64,000 bases of DNA from NCBI GenBank assembly GCA_963795085.1, contig CAWCFX010000001.1, forward strand, positions 352,001-416,000. The letters are read 5' to 3'. The translations under genes were made by a program, and so were the position numbers. Shown here in pieces: positions 58,604 to 64,000 of this stretch; position 1 is the first letter of the stretch; each line of letters opens with the position of its first letter. The notes below the pieces were generated by a model. The model searched no databases. It saw nothing but the letters and a program-made list of their open reading frames with translations, and was not told the DNA's origin. The stretch comes from an uncultured Gemmatimonadales bacterium (GTDB lineage: Bacteria; Gemmatimonadota; Gemmatimonadetes; Gemmatimonadales; GWC2-71-9).

Positions 58604-59437
58604 AGCGTTCCTTGAGACTGTCGTGCGAACCGGCCCTGCCCGGACACGAAAGCACGAAACAAAGAAGAGAAGATCGTTCGTGGTTTCGTGATCAAGCCGG
58701 GCCGGCCCTTGAGCGTCCCTTGAGATTATTGGGCGACGCCAGCCCTGCCTGGACACGAAAGCACGAAAACACAAAAGAAGAACGCGAAACAGATACCTGC
58801 ACCCATGAGCCTCGCTTCTTTGCTTTGTACGTTTCGGGCTTTGTAGTTCGTGCTTTTGCTGTTTGTCGTTCGTGGTTGCGTGATCCGGCAGGGCCGGCCC
58901 TCGAGCGTCCCTTGGGATTATTGTGCGACGCCAGCCCTGCCCGGACACGAAAGCACGAAATAAAGTAGGGAAAGAGAGAACTCCTGGAGTCTGAGCATTT
59001 TGTCTTTGTTTTTGTAAATGTCGTTCTTTGTTGTTGGTGCTTTGTAGTTCGTGCTGTTGCTGTTTGTCATTCGTGGTTTCGTGATTCGGCAGGGCCGGCC
59101 CTCGAGTGTCCCTTGAGATTATTGTGCGACACCAGCCGTGCCCGGACACGAAAGGCGCTTTGTAGTTCGTGCTTTGCTGTTTGTCGTTCGTGCTTTCGTG
59201 ATCCGGCAGGGCCGGCCCTCAAGCGCCCTTGAGATTATTGTGCGAACCAACCCTGCCCGGACACAAAGGCACGAAACGAAGAAGGGGACAAGCGAAGAAG
59301 CCCGGAACCAGTAGAGCATTTTCTATCCTATTGCGGTCTATTTCGTCCTTTGTAGTTCGTGCTTTGTAGTTCGTGCTTTGTGCTGTTTGTCGTTTGTGGT
59401 TTTGTGATCAATCAGGGCCAGCCCATGAGCGTTCCTT
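58604..59437. repeat. Array of ~95-120 bp palindromic units with variable spacers (4 near-complete and 2 partial units)
   Basis: Recurring TTCGTGSTTTCGTGATCCGGCAGGGCCGGCCCTCGAGCGTCCCTTGAGATTATTGTGCGACGCCAGCCCTGCCCGGACACGAAAGCACGAAA at about 58674, 58838, 59039, 59157; partials at 58604 and 59348. Confidence 0.92.
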
Positions 59438-59458
59438 TGCCCCGAGGATTTCACGGTC

Positions 59459-60745
59459 GTGTCGCGCTTCGCTCCCTTCCTCTGCCTTCTCCTGGTCCTC
59501 CCGGCCTGCGGGGACCGGCAGGCCGATGGTACCGTCACCCTCCGGTTCTGGGGCATGGGCCGCGAAGGCGAAGTCGTGCAGGAGCTGGTCCGGGATTTCG
59601 AGCGGGAGCATCCCGGCATCCGGGTCAAGGTGCAGCAGATTCCCTGGTCCGCCGCGCACGAGAAGCTGCTCACCGCCCACGTGGGCGATGCGGCGCCCGA
59701 TATCGCGCAGCTGGGCAACACCTGGATCCCCGAGTTCGTCGCCCTGCGGGCGCTGCAGCCGCTGGACAGCGCGCTGGGCCAGTCCCCGACGGTCGCCGAT
59801 ACGAACTACTTCCCCGGGATCTGGCAGACCAACCTGATTGACGGCGTGACCTACGGTGTGCCGTGGTACGTGGACACCCGGGTGGTCTTCTACCGGAAGG
59901 ACCTGCTGGCGCAGGCCGGATATGCCGAGTTTCCGCGGACCTGGAGCGAGTGGCTGGCGGCCATGCGGGCCATCAAGCGGCTGGTCGGCCCCGACCGCTA
60001 TCCCATCTACCTGCCCAGTAACGAGTGGCACCAGCCGGTCATCTTCGCGATGCAGGCGGGGTCGTCGCTGCTCGATTCGGCGGGCGCCTACGGCACCTTT
60101 ACCGAGCCCGGGTTTCGCCGGGCGTTCGACTTCTATCTCGGTCTCTACCGCGACAGCCTGGCGCCGGTCAAGGGTCTCAACGACGTCGCCAATCCCTACC
60201 AGGAGTTCGAGCGGGGATATTTCGCGATGTGGATCACCGGGCCCTGGAACCTGGGTGAATTCGCCCGCCGGCTGCCCGATTCCATGCAGCAGCGCTGGGC
60301 CACGGCGCCGCTTCCGGGTCCCGATGGTGAGTCCACCGGGGTGTCCCTCGCCGGCGGGTCGAGCCTGGTGCTGTTCCGGTCCTCGCCTCACCCGCGGGAG
60401 GCCTGGCAGCTGATCGAGTACCTGTCCCAGCCGGCGCAGCAGCAGAAGTTCTACGAGTTGACGGGGGACCTGCCGGCCCGCACCGACGCCTGGAGCGATT
60501 CGCTGATCGCCGGCGACGCGAACCGTCACGCCTTCTGGGAGCAGCTGCAGCGGGTCCAGGCGCCGCCCCGGGTGGCGGAATGGGAACAGATCGCGACCAA
60601 GGTGCTGGACTATGCGGAACAGTCCATCCGCGGCGGAGTCCCGGGTGACACGGCGCTGGCGAGGCTGGACCGGGATGTCAACCGGCTGCTGGAGAAGCGG
60701 AGATGGGTGCTGGAGCGGGGGAGGGTGGGTTCCCGGGGGCCTTAG
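59459..60745 (+). CDS. Sugar ABC transporter substrate-binding lipoprotein
   Basis: Lipobox LPAC; QQIPWSAAHEKL, PDIAQLGNTW, PWYVDTR, ITGPWN, AGGSSL. Confidence 0.92.
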   Translation: MSRFAPFLCLLLVLPACGDRQADGTVTLRFWGMGREGEVVQELVRDFEREHPGIRVKVQQIPWSAAHEKLLTAHVGDAAPDIAQLGNTWIPEFVALRALQPLDSALGQSPTVADTNYFPGIWQTNLIDGVTYGVPWYVDTRVVFYRKDLLAQAGYAEFPRTWSEWLAAMRAIKRLVGPDRYPIYLPSNEWHQPVIFAMQAGSSLLDSAGAYGTFTEPGFRRAFDFYLGLYRDSLAPVKGLNDVANPYQEFERGYFAMWITGPWNLGEFARRLPDSMQQRWATAPLPGPDGESTGVSLAGGSSLVLFRSSPHPREAWQLIEYLSQPAQQQKFYELTGDLPARTDAWSDSLIAGDANRHAFWEQLQRVQAPPRVAEWEQIATKVLDYAEQSIRGGVPGDTALARLDRDVNRLLEKRRWVLERGRVGSRGP

Positions 60746-60763
60746 GGTGGGAGTTCACGAAGG

Positions 60764-60999
60764 TCACCACGGAGAACAGCAACTGCTCTACCGCAGAGGC
60801 GCGAAGGACGCAATGACTCGCAAAGAATGTCAGTACGAGACTAGGCTTTGAACCGGTTTGTCCTTTCTATGACTGCTTGGGGAAGAACTATTCCTGTCGA
60901 CGAGGCAGACGTGGCATCCGTGCAGCCTCCGGGCTTTTCGTGGCTCCGTGGTGAACGCCTGTCCCTTTGCGTGTCTCCGCGCTCTTTGCGCCTCTGCGG
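60764..60999. repeat. Interleaved inverted repeats (REP-like)
   Basis: A 60764-60774 pairs with 60944-60954 (11 bp perfect); B 60791-60806 pairs with 60984-60999 (16 bp, one G-U). Confidence 0.75.
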
Positions 61000-61034
61000 C
61001 GAGGATCTTCTGGAATCCAAACCCTCGTGAATGA

Positions 61035-61919
61035 ATGAGCATCGAACAACGGGAAAACCGGGCCGGCTGGTGGTTCATCGCTCCGGCGTTGCTCCTGATC
61101 GCGGCGTTCTTTGTCGTGCCCGTGCTGGCGGCGCTGGTGCTCAGCTTCACCGACTTCGATCTCTACGCCATCGGGGACTTCGCCAATGCCCGGTTCGTGG
61201 GTTTGGCCAACTATGCCGGCATGTTCCAGAATCCGATCTTCTGGACCGCGCTCAAGAACACCTTCTACTTCGCGCTGGTGGGAGGGCCCCTGACGGTGGG
61301 AGTCTCCCTCGCGGCGGCGCTGCTGGTCAACGCGCCCCTCACCCGGCTCCGGGGGTTCTGGCGGACGGTCTATTTCACACCCTTCGTCACCACCCTGGTG
61401 GCCGTGGCGATCGTGTGGCGCTACCTCTACCACCCCCAGTACGGGCTGCTCAACTACGCGCTCGGCTGGGTAGGCATTGACCCGATCAACTGGCTGGGCG
61501 ATCCCAACTGGGCCATGCCGGCGGTGATCCTGCTCGCCACCTGGAAGAACTTCGGCTACAACATGCTGATCCTGATTGCCGGCCTGCAGAGCATCCCGGA
61601 AGAACTCTACGAGGCGGCGCGGCTGGACGGCGCCGGGCCGGTCCGGCGGTTCCGCCACGTGACGCTGCCCATGCTGGGCCCCACCATGCTGTTCGTCGCG
61701 GTGATCACCATGATCGGCTACTTCCAGGTGTTCACCGAGCCATACGTGATGACCGCCGGCGGGCCGCTCAAGGCGACCACCACGATGGTCCTCCTGATGT
61801 ACGAGGAAGGCTTTCGCTGGTGGCGGATGGGCGTGGCCGCGGCCTACGCCTTTGCCCTGTTCGTCATCATCCTGGCGGGCACCCTGATCCAGACCCGTAT
61901 CCAGCGGGTGAGGGTCTGA
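61035..61919 (+). CDS. Carbohydrate ABC transporter permease 1
   Basis: FVGLANY, AGLQSIPEELYEAARLDGA EAA loop. Confidence 0.95.
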   Translation: MSIEQRENRAGWWFIAPALLLIAAFFVVPVLAALVLSFTDFDLYAIGDFANARFVGLANYAGMFQNPIFWTALKNTFYFALVGGPLTVGVSLAAALLVNAPLTRLRGFWRTVYFTPFVTTLVAVAIVWRYLYHPQYGLLNYALGWVGIDPINWLGDPNWAMPAVILLATWKNFGYNMLILIAGLQSIPEELYEAARLDGAGPVRRFRHVTLPMLGPTMLFVAVITMIGYFQVFTEPYVMTAGGPLKATTTMVLLMYEEGFRWWRMGVAAAYAFALFVIILAGTLIQTRIQRVRV

Positions 61920-62740
61920 TGAGACGCTCCCTCAGCACCGCCCTGTTCTATGCCATCCTGGTCGCCGGGGCGGTGCTGGCCCTGGTGCCGATGGTCTGGA
62001 TGGTCTCCGCCTCGCTCATGCCGGCGGGGGCCGCCAACTCCTCGCCGCCCCATTTCTTCCCCCCGTCCATCACGTTCGAGCACTACCGCACCCTCTTCGA
62101 GCGCCTGAACCTGGGCCGCTACCTGCTGAACAGCGTCGTCATCGCCTCGACCGTGACCGTCGTATCGCTCGTCATCAACTCGATGGCCGGCTATGCCTTT
62201 GCCAAGCTGCGGTTCGCCGGCCGCGACCGGGCGTTCAGGATCCTGCTCACCGGACTGGTGGTCCCGGTCCAGGTCGCCATGCTCCCGCTGTTTCTCATGT
62301 TCAAGGAGCTGGGTTTCATCAACAGCTACGCGGGGGTCATGGTCCCCACCCTGGCCAGCATCTTCGGCATCTTCCTGGTGCGGCAGTACGCCCTGAGCAT
62401 CCCGGACGACCTGCTGGACGCCGGCCGGATCGACGGGGCCAGCGAGTGGCGGATCTACCGGTCGGTGGTGGTCCCCTCCATCATGCCGATCCTCGCCACC
62501 CTGGCCATCTGGACCTTCCTTAATACCTGGAATGACTTCATGTGGCCGCTGATCGTCCTGAGCGACGAGTCGCTCTGGACGCTGCCGGTGGCCCTCGCCA
62601 ACCTGTCGGGCGAGCACGTGCAGGACACCGAGCTGATGATGGCCGGGTCGGTCGTGACGGTGCTGCCGGTCCTGGGCGTCTTCCTGGTCCTGCAGCGCTA
62701 CTATGTCGAAGGGATCATGATGGGGAGCGTGAAGGGATGA
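61919..62740 (+). CDS. Carbohydrate ABC transporter permease 2
   Basis: AGYAFAKLRF, IPDDLLDAGRIDGA, WNDFMWP; TGATG overlap. Confidence 0.95.
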   Translation: MRRSLSTALFYAILVAGAVLALVPMVWMVSASLMPAGAANSSPPHFFPPSITFEHYRTLFERLNLGRYLLNSVVIASTVTVVSLVINSMAGYAFAKLRFAGRDRAFRILLTGLVVPVQVAMLPLFLMFKELGFINSYAGVMVPTLASIFGIFLVRQYALSIPDDLLDAGRIDGASEWRIYRSVVVPSIMPILATLAIWTFLNTWNDFMWPLIVLSDESLWTLPVALANLSGEHVQDTELMMAGSVVTVLPVLGVFLVLQRYYVEGIMMGSVKG

Positions 62741-64000
62741 GTGGGCACGTGGGGAGGAGGGCAAGTGGGCAAACGGCGATGATCCTGCTTCTGGCTGCGT
62801 CCGCACTGCCGGCACAGCAGCCGGTCGTGATTGATGATTTCGAACGGCCGTCCGGATGGGTGGCGGCGCCCGCCGATGGTGTCCGGCTCGACCTCGTGCC
62901 CGATAGCGGGCGGACCGGCCAGGCCCTGCGCCTCGACTTCGATTTCCAGGGGCACGGCGGCTACGCGGTCGCACGGAAGGCCGTCTCCATCAGCTTGCCG
63001 GAGAACTACGCCTTCACCTTCTGGATCCGGGGCGAGGCGCCGGTCAACAACCTCGAGTTCAAACTGGTGGATTCCACCGGCGACAACGTGTGGTGGCGGA
63101 ACCTGCGCAATTTTACGTTCTCTCGGGAATGGCGGAAAGTCACCATCCGGAAGCGGCAGATCGATTTCGCCTGGGGGCCCCGGGGCGGCGGGGAGGCCTC
63201 CGGGATCGCCGCGATCGAGCTGGCGATTACCGCGGGGTCCGGCGGGAAGGGCAGGGTGTGGATCGATGATTTCCGGCTGGAGACCCGGCCGCCCGATCGT
63301 CCCTACAGCCGGATGCCGGCCGTCACTGCATCTTCGGCCGCGCGTGATCATCAGGCGCACCAGCTGGTGGATACCGATTCCGCGACCGGATGGACCAGCC
63401 GCGGAGCTGGCAGCCAGTGGGTCGTGCTGGATTTCCTGCAGAGCCGCGAATTCGGGGGATTGATCATCGACTGGGCGCCGGACGAGCACGCCTCGGGGTA
63501 CACGGTGGAGTTCTCGGACGACGGGCGGCGCTGGAGCCCGGCCTATCGAACGGCGTCGTCCAACGGGGGGCGGGATTATCTCTACCTGCCGGAATCGGAG
63601 ACGCGATACCTGCGGCTTCGGATGACGGCAGGGCCCGGCGCGCGATACGGGATCCGGCAGCTGGCCGTAATGCCGCTCGAATGGTCGGCATCTCCCAACG
63701 CCTTCTTCCGGGAGATCGCCCGCGATGCTCCCCGGGGTTCCTATCCCCGGTATTTTGACTCGGTCCAGACCTGGTGGACCATGGTAGGAGAGAACGGCGA
63801 CGGCCGCCGCTCGCTGCTGAGCCAGGACGGAGCGTTCGAATCGCTGGCGGGCGGCTTCTCGGTTGAACCGTTCATCTGCGTGAACGGCGGGCTGCTCACC
63901 TGGGCCGATGGATCATCGCGGCAGTCGTTGCAGGCCGGTTACCTTCCCATCCCCTCCGTCGAGCGCGTCTCCGGCGATCTCGCGCTCACCGTGACGGCAT
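62737..64000 (+). CDS. Secreted carbohydrate-binding/discoidin (F5/8 type C) domain protein, probable glycosidase; truncated by window end
   Basis: Absent from the ORF track because no stop occurs; ATGA overlap with permease; reads MILLLAASALPA-QQPVVIDDFE...ALRLDFDF...LEFKLVD..GDNVWW...WIDDF then LVDTDSATGW...WVVLDF...REFGGLIIDW...SDDGRRW. Confidence 0.8.
   Translation, partial: MSGHVGRRASGQTAMILLLAASALPAQQPVVIDDFERPSGWVAAPADGVRLDLVPDSGRTGQALRLDFDFQGHGGYAVARKAVSISLPENYAFTFWIRGEAPVNNLEFKLVDSTGDNVWWRNLRNFTFSREWRKVTIRKRQIDFAWGPRGGGEASGIAAIELAITAGSGGKGRVWIDDFRLETRPPDRPYSRMPAVTASSAARDHQAHQLVDTDSATGWTSRGAGSQWVVLDFLQSREFGGLIIDWAPDEHASGYTVEFSDDGRRWSPAYRTASSNGGRDYLYLPESETRYLRLRMTAGPGARYGIRQLAVMPLEWSASPNAFFREIARDAPRGSYPRYFDSVQTWWTMVGENGDGRRSLLSQDGAFESLAGGFSVEPFICVNGGLLTWADGSSRQSLQAGYLPIPSVERVSGDLALTVTA

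Noticed and set aside
58604..59437. CRISPR array
   Set aside because: Units are ~95-120 bp and divergent, spacers range from about 2 to 78 nt with biased composition, and no cas gene is in the window
57839..59841. ORFs crossing the repeat array (57839-59149, 58495-58968, 59119-59319, 59338-59721, 59359-59841)
   Set aside because: Translations merely echo the DNA repeat or lie antisense to real genes; no SD or family motif
62741..62776. Short GTGGGCA repeats at the start of the last gene
   Set aside because: Only two to three degenerate copies; too weak to call a repeat family

Overview
A GC-rich bacterial chromosomal segment with about 60 densely packed genes. Gene content (GWxTD protein, futalosine-type late menaquinone genes, many unannotated lipoproteins) suggests Gemmatimonadota, which is an inference only. 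Housekeeping blocks: nrnA-nifU-mrp-DUF62; menG-mqnL(ubiD)-mqnP(ubiA)-ubiX; purD-mutM-uvrC-like; glmM-glmS; dtd-maf; tig-clpP-clpX-engB. Accessory blocks: an ECF sigma/zinc anti-sigma envelope operon with an internal ECF promoter; FHA-GAF cyclase and HD-GYP signalling genes; an orphan PilB/GspE ATPase fused to a receiver domain; a four-gene flavinylation operon behind a Fur-type box (ApbE, beta-barrel porin, TGAT-motif FMN-binding protein, His-rich 4-TM protein); and a LacI-regulated TonB receptor/GH144-like/ABC glycan locus that runs off the right edge. Non-coding structure is rich: an ~830 bp array of palindromic units with variable spacers (58.6-59.4 kb), four (GGGAATTGA)n tracts, interleaved inverted repeats at 60.8-61.0 kb, and a recurrent leaderless-promoter signature. 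I saw no rRNA, tRNA, transposase, integrase or cas gene. All product calls come from motif recognition by eye, not database searches.
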